A program made the translations under genes and the position numbers. The notes below the pieces were generated by a model that saw only the letters and a program-made list of their open reading frames with translations, had not been told where the DNA came from and ran no database searches. A stretch of 63,713 nucleotides of DNA, counting the filler, from Craspedostauros australis (Eukaryota): assembly GCA_030167865.1 (NCBI GenBank). It is 10 parts of 10 records of this genome, joined end to end, with 100 filler letters (N's around TTAATTAATTAA, not from the genome) between each part and the next. Parts side by side here need not be neighbours in the genome. Positions count along the whole stretch, not along the records: positions 31,919 to 36,851 come from JALAGF010003589.1; positions 36,952 to 39,195 come from JALAGF010003590.1; positions 39,296 to 46,219 come from JALAGF010003591.1; positions 46,320 to 47,747 come from JALAGF010003592.1; 6 more parts are not named here. One strand, given 5' to 3'. Positions 35,333 to 46,579 of this stretch are shown here, piece by piece. Each line of letters begins with the position of its first letter. Position 1 is the stretch's first letter.

Positions 35333-36851
35333 ATGACTTCGAACGACGAACCCAACACGAGCCACCGCGAAGAGACGAAGGCAGAAGATGGCCCAACCTT
35401 GCCACCTCCCACCAAGGAACCCGACAAACCTGAGACCCCAAGAGAGGACAATACAAGCAACCATCATCGCGCCCGACAACAAGCAAAAAAAGCCATCCCC
35501 TACGATGGAGGAACCGAGGAGAACGACCCAGACGACGTGTCCATCGCCTACAAGCCAAGATCCAGCACGTTCAAGACCGCGGCCAACAAGACTGGCATCG
35601 ACATCACGCCATTCGCACGAGCAACAGGAGAAGGATCCATCAACAGATCAGCAAAAGCAGCATGGAGAGCCAGAGCAATCTGGTAAAATAAAGACGAGGC
35701 GACAGCCGACCGCGAAAACCCGACCATCAAGCAGTGGGAGCACTTCTTCAGAGACCTCGTGGACGGAAGGGTCACCTCGTTCGGTCCCATCACGTTGCCC
35801 AACAGAGACCCCACAAGAATGAGGCTCCTGCAATTCGTCATCAACATTGCATCCACCGATCCTCACGAGGTATTCAAAGTCCATCTCAACAACGACGGCA
35901 CGGTACGAACGGCAAGAGCAGTCAAAGTATGGAAGGCTGCGAATCGACTCATGGGCTCCAACTACGATCTGGGAACAGCACCTCTCGCAGACAACGACAT
36001 CCGTAACGACGCCATGGAGGGCCTCACACTCCAGACGGAAGGCACAGGAACGAGCGCAACAGCCAGGATGCCCACAAGCCAAGCATTCGCAGCCATGCCA
36101 ATCAACACAACCACGGGATCCATCAGCACAGACAGCGAGTCATACACCAGCCGCCAGCCGTCCAAACGCACTAGGTTCAAATCTCCAAAACAGACAACCG
36201 ACATGCCACGAGTCAGCCAGAACAGCACGAAAAACTCGCAATCTTCAGGAACGACAAGCAGCAATGATTCGTCAACCGACTCAGGAGTAACCAGACACAG
36301 AAATGGCCCAAGAAACTCTGCCAACCGCAGACCGTCCACAGACGACAACTCGGTCAGCTCGGACGAGGAATCCAACACATCCCAGGCAAAGATAGCACCA
36401 CCACGACACGAGCACACAACCAGATTCACCATCAAACTCAACGTCGACAGAACCGAAGATGACACCACAGCCGCAGTGCGAGAACATATCAAGCGGTGGT
36501 TCCAGCAGGTCAGAAGAATCGATCCCACAGCGGTGATCCTCCCATGGAGAGAGTCGGCCAACACAGGTCCCCACATTGCCCACTCAGGACAAATTCCAGA
36601 AAGAATGGAGGACCTCAGAACCTTCTTTCAAGGACTGCGAGCGCCATCCGGGGCAACAGGAATCACGTACGCGAAAGTCCGCATCACCACCAGGGATGAC
36701 CCCTTCGACATCACGGCCGACCGCAACGCGGAGCTCAACCCATACTACTACAACGAGCATGAGGGACTGTACAAAGCCCAGCTCCAAGACGCAGAAGAGG
36801 TGAAAGAGATCGGCTTCCTACTATACTCTGGAGGATTCACAGACGTGGACA
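35333..36851 (+). mobile_element. Probable ORF1 of a non-LTR retrotransposon (LINE), one in-frame TAA at 35684-35686, cut at the spacer
   Basis: ORFs 35333 and 35759 are in the same frame. Abrupt switch to an A/C-rich sense strand. RFTIKL...WFQQVRRIDPTAVILPW resembles diatom LINE ORF1-like proteins from memory. No RT is visible. Confidence 0.55.
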
Positions 36852-36951
36852 NNNNNNNNNNNNNNNNNNNNNNNNNNNNNNNNNNNNNNNNNNNNTTAAT
36901 TAATTAANNNNNNNNNNNNNNNNNNNNNNNNNNNNNNNNNNNNNNNNNNNN

Positions 36952-39195
36952 GATCTCGACGAGATCGAACTCGAAAGCGCACTCGAAGAGGATCTCTTTG
37001 AAATCATGGAGACGTTCCCTTCGACTGAAGCAGTCGAATCACCAACCAACGAAGGCATCCGCGACCTCATGAACGGTGACTTGCTCGAATCAGACGAGAG
37101 CATTGGGGACACCGAAATCGCGATGCCAGGCGTCGATATCAACAATGCGCCACCTGCGCAAGATGAGGAAGCAGCGGGCACTCGGATGAGTAACGCCATC
37201 GACTACTTCCTGCGCGACGAAATCGACCGCGTGTGTGAACGCAGCAGGACGGATGCATGGTGTCCAATCTGCCTCGCGCGTGGAGCGATGTATTCGTGGT
37301 GCACAGGATGCACCGAATTCGACGTGCTCAAGATTCGAGCACGTTGGGCGTTCAGAGACATCCCAACAACCACGGAACCTGAAAGGATCCGCCGTCGAGC
37401 AATCCTGAGCAGGTTCAACTGTTTGGAAGACGCAATCAGAGTCTCTCTATCCAACGTGTTGGCAGCCAACGACGTGTGTATCAACGACGCGCTCCTCTGT
37501 TTCGATGTGAGGAAGAAGTCCATCGAAGACGGAGCTAACTGCATGGGAGCTCGAGAGCTCTACTATATGCTGACTCAAATCGGCTTCAACGGAGCATTCG
37601 ATGTGTCATGCAAGATTGTGGTCATCAACGAACTGCTCGAAGAGAAAGGGCTACCACTACTTCCCAAACACCTGATCATGAGGATGAGCAAGATGGCCGC
37701 ATCAAGGCTCATGTGGATGCACAATTGGGAGGACACCGAAGTACGCGACGGGCTGGAATGTCCAGAACTCCCCAAGACCAGACCACTTGTGGGAAGTCCT
37801 CAACACCAAGTCGAGATGATGGAGCATTTCAATACAGCAAGATTCGGTCACGAGATGGCCATGGTAATCGAGGATCACGAGTCAAATGAGAGCAACCGCG
37901 AGCTGATTGCACCAGACCAACATGAAGCAAACACATGGTTGGGAGATACCGGCGCATCCTGCCACTTGACTAATAATGATGAGGGCATGACCAATGTGCG
38001 CCTCTCAAACTTCTCTGTGAAGGTGGGAAGCGGAAAATTCCTCCGTGCCACCAAAGTCGGTGACCTACGAATGCGAGTGGTGCAGAAGGATGGCAAGAGC
38101 GCCATCATCATCCTGAAGGGAGTGAGTTACGTGCCTAAGCTCTGGGTCAACCTGTTGAGCATCGGCAAGGCGCTCCACAATGGATTCAACATCAGTAACA
38201 AGGGCGTGATCATCGCGCTAGATAAGAATGGGCAGCGCATCCGATTCGATCGGATCATGGCAACTCACAGCGGATTCGTGCTCGGTGTGAACATGGTACC
38301 TGCCCCCAAGAGTGAAGAAATGGCGAATGTCGGGTTTGATACAAAGAAGCCCATGGATGTGAATAAGCTCCATAAAATGCTAGGCCACGTTGACTCTTAC
38401 ACGNNNNNNNNNNNNNNNNNNNNNNNNNNNNNNNNNNNNNNNNNNNNNNNNNNNNNNNNNNNNNNNNNNNNNNNNNNNNNNAAGGCGAAGCAAAAACGCC
38501 TGACCAAAACTCTCCAACTACGAGCGAAGAAGGTCGGAGAACGACTCTTCATGGATACTTCAAGTGTCCAAGCTACGAGCTTCGGACATGGAAAGTACTG
38601 GTTGCTGGTCATCGACGACTACAGCGACTACTGCTGGAGCTACTTCGTTAAAGAAAAGAGCGAGGTCGGTCCCAGACTGCTATCATTGTTGAAATGGCTA
38701 TCAGGCAATCAACAAGTGACAGTGAAGAATGTCAGATGTGACAACGCCGGAGAAAATTACAGCGCAGAGGCACTACTACTACGAGCAGGCTTCGCCCCAA
38801 CCTTCGAATACACCGCTGCATCAACTCCTCAACAGAACGGAAGAGTAGAACGGAAATTCGCGGTTCTATACGGAAAGGTCAGATCAATGCTGAACCAGGC
38901 GCACCTGCCGAGACAGCTGCGCGGCAAACTATGGGCGGAGGCAGCAAGGAACGCAACCCAGATCGAGAACATCATCGAGACTAAGTCAAGAGAGCCCGCA
39001 TGCCTGCTACTCAATGGACAGACCCCAACCTACGCAAAGGGATTGCGTATCTTTGGGGAGATCGGAATGGTCTACATCGGCAGTCGCGCTATCAAAGCGA
39101 AACTGGATGATAGATCCAAGCCAGCCATGTTCGTCGGGTACGGACAGTCTCATGCGAATGGTGTATACCGCATGATGAATCTGGCAACCACGAGA
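36952..39195 (+). mobile_element. Ty1/Copia pol fragment: spacer domain, protease, GAG-pre-integrase, integrase, SH3-like
   Basis: WLGDTGASCHLT, LHKMLGH, VIDDYS, RCDNAGEN, TPQQNGRVERK, LWAEAA, KLDDRSKPAMFVGY. Confidence 0.95.
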
Positions 39196-40012
39196 NNNNN
39201 NNNNNNNNNNNNNNNNNNNNNNNNNNNNNNNNNNNNNNNTTAATTAATTAANNNNNNNNNNNNNNNNNNNNNNNNNNNNNNNNNNNNNNNNNNNNGGTGA
39301 AGTCATGGCCCCATTCATCATGATGGCGATGGAGATGGCGCATGTGCAGAATTCGTCGTTGCAGCCGAGGGTCCTGCCGACGACAGTGGAACGATGATCA
39401 AGAGTATCTCCGGTTGCAACGATGAGGCAACTCGTGGGGTCGTGGCGGCTGAAGAAGCCGAGGCCCGATTCAACAGCATCAAGGACGGTGATGGTGTGAA
39501 TGATCTGCTGGCCAGAACCGTGAAGAACGGCGCGAGACTGCTCACTGGTGCGGAGAATGCATGCCGAGGAACCTTTGCTTCGGGATTGCGCACGGTGAAA
39601 ACAACAAGGTCGGAGACAACTTCTTCATCAAAAAGTCTACGTGCCGTGCACGGCCGGCTCCTCATGCCGTCAATGTGCACGTAAAGAAGTGTGCAGCGAG
39701 AACAGCACATTGGCCTACATAACGACTTGTGACGCAACGTGAACACAAAAAACTCGAGAGAGAGAGAGAGAGAGCTTTCTATTCTGCTTATGGCCACCTA
39801 AGTTATGAATACACTTCCATCTTGCTTCAACTATTTGCACTACGCAGCCAGAGAATTGAGAGTATTTTGCAGGCCGCGCAGTCGCCGAAGGGTTCGTGTG
39901 AATTCCAAATGCTCCCCGCCTCAGCCAGTCCTTCTCTTCCAGCTGCGCCTGTCCCAAATGTTTTTGCACAATACTATAGCTAAGTTTGTCCTGCGGAACC
40001 TCCGCCACCTCT

Positions 40013-43000
40013 TCAAGACATGTCTGTCAATACTGATAGATCGTCATCGTCATCATCACCATTGGCATGGCCTTCAACAGTTTCATGGATGGCGTAGGAC
40101 TTCTCCCTTTGCCTGGCTCTTGACTTCAAACCGTCGCTCCTCAATCCAGTGCTCGTGACAGTTGGAACCACAGTTGCCTCTGGAGTACGAACAGTCACAA
40201 GATCAAAGCAGGCATCCAATCTCTGCGGATCCATAAGCGCGACTGTTTGAGCAATGACGCCGTCGCTCTTTCGTGCGTGGCGCACAAGATCTTCATCGAT
40301 GTGATCTCCGCGCCGCTGTCGCAGGTCCTCGCATTTGGTGACGGCGCCCCAAGCCTCGTAGAATTCTGCGGCGCGTGTGAAGTAATGGCGGATGAGGTTG
40401 GATGTTCTGTCCCGAGCATCGCGCGTGCTAATTCGTAAGAAGGCCTCACCGGCCATCTCGCACGCCAGGCCGGCTTCGTGGATATGGTTTCTCGATCTGG
40501 CCTTCTCGATCGCTTCGTCGTAACATGCTTGGACGTACGTGGGCGTTCGTGGGCCCATCTTGATGGCCTTCATTTCTGCTCGCAATAGGAGGTAATGGTG
40601 ACGCACGTTGTTGCCTTTTGTTTCGCACATTTGCTTGAGTATGTGCTTTTGCTTTCGGAGGATCGAGATGTACTTCCTTTGTTTCGTCTGATGATAACGG
40701 TTCGATGCCATCAGACCGCCCAATTGGGGTATGGATGATGCCACGGAGTACGCGAGGTCGCTCACCTTGGCGTTGTCCACAAGGTGGAACAGGACCTCGG
40801 CAAACTCGAACTTGCGGAAGAAGACCGCAAGGTGTAACCGGCTCCAGTGCGCGGTGTTTTGGAGGTACGGATCGCCACCTTCGAACTGTTTGAGGTTGCC
40901 AAGTTCATCCCAATCTAGCTTGAGGATGCCAGCCATGTACCTGGGGGCAAGGACGTACTCTGGCATGAGCTTGGAGTGGGCCTCGATCTTGTAGATGGTG
41001 AATTGTTGCAAGGCAGAATCGACAGCGGATGATAAGCCGTCCAACGGGTATCCCTCCATGTATGCATAAATGAGACTTGAAAAATGAGACACGATGCCTA
41101 TCTCAAAGTCACCACTCGACATGGCGGCTTTGTATGCCTCTTGAAAGTCAGAGCTGATCTCCGCAGGCTCCTTCGTGTATGGGTCGATGTAGATGGCCGC
41201 AACGTTGTAAACCAACGCGCGGATTCGTGTCCCGTCAACCTTGTGAATGGCCTTCTTTGCGAGTTCGATGTATCTTCGTGCGTTGGAATACTCCCCGAGA
41301 ACAAGATGAAGCATTGCGAACATGGCCAGTCCTTGGCAGGAGCCTTCGCAGATGCCTTGTGCTCGAGTGATCTGGACCATCTGAACCGTGGACAGCACCC
41401 ACGTGAGGGTGGATTGACACACGTAGCTCCGCACCGCGATTTGTTGCAGGAATCCGATGGATTGGATTGTGGCGGGATCTGTTGTCACGGGGCATCGGCT
41501 GAAGAACTCGTCGTCACTTGTTTGTCCAAAATAGGATCTTGCCGACATCAGTTGCCATACCGATCTGGCCAGGAACCCGCGCTTGGGATACACGTTGCAC
41601 AGCTGGGCGCTGGCTTGGCTCATCTCAAGCGCGCGCTTGTGCTTGTCCTGTCTTGCCAAGGCATCCGCCATGGAGTGGTAGGTGGCAAGCTTGTGTGAAA
41701 TGCACTGGGCATGCTGCAAGAGTTCGTCGCTCAACGAAAACCCCAGCTCGAAATTGCCAACAGCCAACTCAAGATCTGCTCTCGAACGAATCAAGCGCAG
41801 TGTGAGCTCGTATTGATATTTCCATGGGTTGCCATGGGCCTTCTTCAATTGCTCTGTCGCGATTTGCAGATATTTGGCGGCTGGGATGAGAGCGGCGATC
41901 TTCAACGCGTGCTCGCCGACTTCCAGATTCTGCTTGGCGGCCTGCAGATGATCCTTCGTTCGTGCCAAATTCAGATATTCCATGGCGACAAAAAGCAGGG
42001 CACCATCATCCGTGGCTGCACGGGACGTTGCAAGAGCGGCTCCGTCCCCTTTCTCGGAAGACTGGGTACCATCTGTGGACGCTGCACATATGTTCCACAG
42101 ACATTGGCCGATGCGCAGTTGGAGCTTGATGCGGATCTCGCCGAAGGGTACGAGACTCCGGGCCGCCTGCTGGACGCGATCATGCGCAAAGGAGTACGTA
42201 GTGCCTCCGATCGAGTTGTGCAGCATGCTTTCCAGCACCGCTTGTTCGAGCCATTCGACGACCGGAATGTCGTCATCGGGGATGTTTGGGGAGGATCTGA
42301 GGTTGCTTTCATCGTTGCCAAGGATATCTTCTGTGCCGCGGTTGTATCGGACTTCATAGTCCTGCAGCATCTGAAGCAGGCCTGAGTCGAAGGATGATCC
42401 GATGTACGATGCGAGTGCCAAGAGCTTTTGCAATGGACGAGGCAAGGATCGAATCCTGGATGTCAGGAGATAGGTGATGCCGTGCGGTCCTGTTGCCATC
42501 AATCCCCCATTCCCACTTGTGTTCGAATGGGAGTCATCTTGGAATTTCCATTGGGAGGAGATGGCATCGTATGCCAAGCCATGCGTGCGCTCCATCTCTC
42601 GCAACAGATGGATGGCGTGAAAGATATTGCCGCCAGTCTGTTGGTACAAATGCTCGGTGAGTCGACCGACGAACGCATCATGATCGCTGTGATCTGCGCC
42701 CCCAAGCTGGAGGAGATTCGACACCCAGTCGTAGAGCTCTTGCGGAGAAAAATCCGCGAGATGGATGCTGGTGTATGGCATGGGAGCGTTTCTCGTCTTG
42801 GCTCTGAGCTCTGTCGGAACGTCTTCCCGAGACGATGACTGACGGATGTCATTCAGAAGCTTCATGAACGGGAGAGTAGCATTCGGCTCCAGCAGCTCGC
42901 CCGGTGAGTGAGGATTGGTCTCTTGACGGATGGTGCCGATCAAAAGTAGGTGAGGCCGGTGCAGGATGGTGGATACCAGATCCATGCTCTCCTGCGACGC

Positions 43001-43900
43001 CCACTGCAGATCGTCGAGCACCATCACCAATGGACATTCCTTGGTCGATATGATTCTGAGGAATTGCGTGAACGTGTACTGGAGCCTGTTCCACGATGTC
43101 TCGGTGGAGAAGTCGGTCGGAGGTTTTGGAGCCGTCGCGCCTTGATTCTTCGCTTCGGCCGCCACATCACTGGCGCTGTTCAATAGGATGGACAGGGCCG
43201 GGATGAAGGAAATGAGGAGATCCTTTTGCTGCGATGTCATCCAGCTCGATTTGACTCTTCGACGCAGACGTTGAAGCTCCGTCGCCGTCTTGCTCTTGCT
43301 GTCTTTGTGCCCATCGGCATCGCTGATTGCGGCCAATCTCCCCGAACCAACCGTGAGGGTGGCAGCTTGGGACTCTAATTCGGCGCACCAGGCCGAGAAT
43401 GCCTGCGTGATGGCGGCGAAGGGATTGTTTCGTTGGGATTCTTCAAACTTGCCCTTGATGATGATAATCTTGTGCCCGTCCCCTGATTGTTCGCAAAGCT
43501 GGGAACAGAACGCATCCACGAGCTTTGACTTGCCCGTCCCGCTGGCACCCCATACAAACACAGCCGGAACCCAAGGCTCGGCGTCACTCTTGTTTACGTC
43601 GCATGGGGGCGTTGCCGGAGATGTCAGCTTCAGTACCTCGCCTCCATCGGGCGCCTTGCCGCCTCCATTCTGCGCCATCACTCGATAGAAAACATGACGC
43701 ATCGTCCTCAATTCTTTTTGCCTCCCATGAAATCCACCCGCAAAGCAGCCGTCCTTGAAGAACGTAGTGGTGGGGTCGATGAGGTCGCCATCACATTGGT
43801 AGTCACCATCTGATGTGGACGTGCACGTGGACAGGGAACTCTCCAGGTGAGGACTTGGTTGGCCCGGAGTGTCGTCATGCACCGACGCTGTGGCGAGCAT
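40013..43900 (-). CDS. STAND-class P-loop ATPase (AAA_16/COG3899-like) with TPR-like helical region, 1295 aa
   Basis: FHGRQKE, Walker A GASGTGKS, KGKFEE..PFAAI, Walker B VMVLDDLQWAS, TGGNIF, FAHDRVQQAA, FYEAWGA.TK. Confidence 0.9.
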   Translation of the reverse strand: MLATASVHDDTPGQPSPHLESSLSTCTSTSDGDYQCDGDLIDPTTTFFKDGCFAGGFHGRQKELRTMRHVFYRVMAQNGGGKAPDGGEVLKLTSPATPPCDVNKSDAEPWVPAVFVWGASGTGKSKLVDAFCSQLCEQSGDGHKIIIIKGKFEESQRNNPFAAITQAFSAWCAELESQAATLTVGSGRLAAISDADGHKDSKSKTATELQRLRRRVKSSWMTSQQKDLLISFIPALSILLNSASDVAAEAKNQGATAPKPPTDFSTETSWNRLQYTFTQFLRIISTKECPLVMVLDDLQWASQESMDLVSTILHRPHLLLIGTIRQETNPHSPGELLEPNATLPFMKLLNDIRQSSSREDVPTELRAKTRNAPMPYTSIHLADFSPQELYDWVSNLLQLGGADHSDHDAFVGRLTEHLYQQTGGNIFHAIHLLREMERTHGLAYDAISSQWKFQDDSHSNTSGNGGLMATGPHGITYLLTSRIRSLPRPLQKLLALASYIGSSFDSGLLQMLQDYEVRYNRGTEDILGNDESNLRSSPNIPDDDIPVVEWLEQAVLESMLHNSIGGTTYSFAHDRVQQAARSLVPFGEIRIKLQLRIGQCLWNICAASTDGTQSSEKGDGAALATSRAATDDGALLFVAMEYLNLARTKDHLQAAKQNLEVGEHALKIAALIPAAKYLQIATEQLKKAHGNPWKYQYELTLRLIRSRADLELAVGNFELGFSLSDELLQHAQCISHKLATYHSMADALARQDKHKRALEMSQASAQLCNVYPKRGFLARSVWQLMSARSYFGQTSDDEFFSRCPVTTDPATIQSIGFLQQIAVRSYVCQSTLTWVLSTVQMVQITRAQGICEGSCQGLAMFAMLHLVLGEYSNARRYIELAKKAIHKVDGTRIRALVYNVAAIYIDPYTKEPAEISSDFQEAYKAAMSSGDFEIGIVSHFSSLIYAYMEGYPLDGLSSAVDSALQQFTIYKIEAHSKLMPEYVLAPRYMAGILKLDWDELGNLKQFEGGDPYLQNTAHWSRLHLAVFFRKFEFAEVLFHLVDNAKVSDLAYSVASSIPQLGGLMASNRYHQTKQRKYISILRKQKHILKQMCETKGNNVRHHYLLLRAEMKAIKMGPRTPTYVQACYDEAIEKARSRNHIHEAGLACEMAGEAFLRISTRDARDRTSNLIRHYFTRAAEFYEAWGAVTKCEDLRQRRGDHIDEDLVRHARKSDGVIAQTVALMDPQRLDACFDLVTVRTPEATVVPTVTSTGLRSDGLKSRARQREKSYAIHETVEGHANGDDDDDDLSVLTDMS

Positions 43901-44886
43901 CCTGTACGATCCTGTGTTCGACTTCTTGGGCTGTGCACAGCGTCTCTCGTGCTTGTTGGATTGGTTCGTCGATCAATGATTGGTCAATGATTTCAGCTGC
44001 ACTAATATTTTATGGAATGTGGTGGCAGACATGTCGGGCTGTGTGGATGGATGTGCATTCGAGTACTACTCTTGTATCGAGTATGGTGGTAGGTCCTCGT
44101 ATGGTCGAGTGTGCATGACTACCTGTGTGTTCGCACCATACTAGGACGCTTGGTTCTGCTCATGATGTTTCTTCAACGCCGCGGCAACAAGGTACACTTG
44201 AGGATGAAAAAGTGGTGGATTGGTGACGTGGTGGTGATCAATGTGTCGTCTTCTGTCAGTGGGTGTCGATCCCATAGTCGTGGGTTGGTGAACTGTGGAC
44301 CATACTTGCGATGGCTCTTTGATCATGGCTGGGGTCATGAGCGTGGACAAGTTTCATTGCGGATGTGTCCACAGTGAGTGTTTCCCGCTTGTTGGCGCAA
44401 CCTTCATGTGGGGGCGTGTCGCACCCTTGTCTCCGAGCAAGCGTTCGGGATTGGTTAAGGGATTGTTTGTGGTCCCTGGAAGGAGAGAACAGTTGGTGGC
44501 TGACAACGAACACCATTGACTATTGTCAATAGGACGGAGTGTGTGAATCAATGTTGTTCGCTAGTATCCCTAATGATTTTGGCCTGGTACTGGCCTACGT
44601 AGCTTGCGTCCGGACGCAAATTGGAGGTGCAGTTTGTGAAGTGTCGCAGAATTGACGAGGGTCACCGTCTATTTGGCACACAGCAAAGCTTTGTGGAGGA
44701 AACGAACCTCGCACGAGCGATACCACCCACCACTCCGAACGGTTGCGGCAGGCACGTAGCATGCTCGTAGTGCACCGTTGTGCTGATGCAGTCATCATCG
44801 ACGCCATCTCACCGTTGGGCATATCTTCTTCGTGGAGGTGTGAATAGGCCGGCGGCGACTGATTCGATGATCGATGCTTGCACCTC

Positions 44887-46050
44887 TCAGTCCCTCCCAC
44901 CAATGCCTTCCGACTCCTGACGTTGCTTTTCCACCAACCAGGCCGGCAGATTTGATACGCCGCGGCCACGACCTCGGCCTCGCCCCATGCCACCGAGCGT
45001 TTCCAATTGCAGCAGCGCGGTTGGTTCCTTCGAAGTCGGTAACAACGAAAGCACTTCCTGCCGTTCCTCTTCCAACCGTCTTCGAAGTGCTTCTTGCCGT
45101 TGCAGCGTTTCCTGGATATCTCTTTCTTGCTCTTGCCGTTCTCGCTCCAGCTTCTTGCGTTCCCAGTGCTGCAACAGGTCGTTTGGCACGTACGGATCGT
45201 ACGGATCTTGGACATCGAGCGGTTGTTGGCGTTGGTCGTGTGAATGTCGGCGATCTTGGGACTGGCGATGTGTGTCATGCCCGTTTTCAACGTCAGGAAC
45301 ACCCATGTCCACGTCATCCATCTCGATTTCGTTCACATCCGTGCTGCTTCCTGGGAGAGGGGAAGCATTGGAGTCATCTTCCACTTTGATCAGCATCTTG
45401 GTCGTATCATCGTGGATGGACAGCAACGGGGATCTCACAGAATTGATCGGAAGATCTTGAGCGGATGACGTTGATTTGCTTGTCGTCGTGTAAGATGTCG
45501 CAAATGAACTCGTCGCTTCAGATGACGGTGGATCCGTTGTTGACGCAGTGGGATCTCTGATTACTGTTGTTTCCGGAGGGATTGCGTGTGGTTCCTGCTT
45601 CACCTTCGTTCTTCCTTCGACAACCGCAGCAGCAGCAGATCCAGCGTCTGCGTGGACGCTAATATGCAATCTTGGCCGTTGCTTCGATGCGGATGCCTTC
45701 GGTGTCGAAAGCGCTGTCGAAGTTGCCACAGCTTTTCGCTTCCGAGCAGCAGCAGGGATGAACGCCATCGACGTCCCGGCCTTTCCGATGCCACCAGCGA
45801 TGCCCGACGCCGATGCCTTTGCAGCTGTCTTTTTGCGCGACACCGACTTTGGCGCGAACATCGTTCTGGAGACCGGCGTGCTGGGCTTTGTTGTGTCAGC
45901 TGATCTCTCGGGCACATCCTCGAATTTGGATCCTTTGTCGAATTCCTTCTCCTTCTTCACCTTCACCTCATTCCTGCTGCTGCTGCCATCGCCAGCTGCA
46001 TCATCCTCGCCCTTTGTGGCGGGGAGATCGCCGAACAAGCCACCGTACAT
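44887..46050 (-). CDS. SPF45/RBM17/DRT111-like protein, N-terminal motifs only, ~387 aa
   Basis: Starts MYGGLFGDLP; SF45-like motif DPYDPYVPND followed by a coiled coil; ends GRGRGRGVSNLPAWL. No G-patch or UHM visible. Confidence 0.7.
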   Translation of the reverse strand: MYGGLFGDLPATKGEDDAAGDGSSSRNEVKVKKEKEFDKGSKFEDVPERSADTTKPSTPVSRTMFAPKSVSRKKTAAKASASGIAGGIGKAGTSMAFIPAAARKRKAVATSTALSTPKASASKQRPRLHISVHADAGSAAAAVVEGRTKVKQEPHAIPPETTVIRDPTASTTDPPSSEATSSFATSYTTTSKSTSSAQDLPINSVRSPLLSIHDDTTKMLIKVEDDSNASPLPGSSTDVNEIEMDDVDMGVPDVENGHDTHRQSQDRRHSHDQRQQPLDVQDPYDPYVPNDLLQHWERKKLERERQEQERDIQETLQRQEALRRRLEEERQEVLSLLPTSKEPTALLQLETLGGMGRGRGRGRGVSNLPAWLVEKQRQESEGIGGRD

Positions 46051-46579
46051 CGGGGCGCCTGATGCTCCAGCCACAGTTGCCACCGTTGCTCCCGTCGGTT
46101 GTATTGAGTTGATTGTGGTGGTTGCTGTGATTGGTTCGGATCTATCTGTCTGTGGATGGAAATGTAGCTCGTATCATGCTATACCATGCGCTTCCGTTGG
46201 TCTATCTACTTCTCTCTCTNNNNNNNNNNNNNNNNNNNNNNNNNNNNNNNNNNNNNNNNNNNNTTAATTAATTAANNNNNNNNNNNNNNNNNNNNNNNNN
46301 NNNNNNNNNNNNNNNNNNNGGATGGATAAAATTGGTTGCGTCAGGACGCAAAATTGAATTTAGCGTGGACGTTTAACACGGAAGACATTTTCCGCTCGAC
46401 TAGTTTGATTAAGTGGAACGTTCCTCCCTTTTCCGTTCGACACCGAATCGATTGGGTTCTTGGCATTTCCACGCTTGCAGATTCCTTCCTCCATGACAAC
46501 AACAACACCATGATGCGTTGCACGTCCTTGTGATGCACTTGCGTGACAGCAACATGTTTGCCCTTGCCACACCTCTCCG

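Noticed and set aside
5871..39195. Treating the Copia RT fragment and the protease/integrase fragment as one element
   Set aside because: They lie on different contigs and opposite strands; linkage cannot be shown from this window.
39296..39684. Open frame at a contig start as a gene 3' end
   Set aside because: No recognisable motif and too little support to call.
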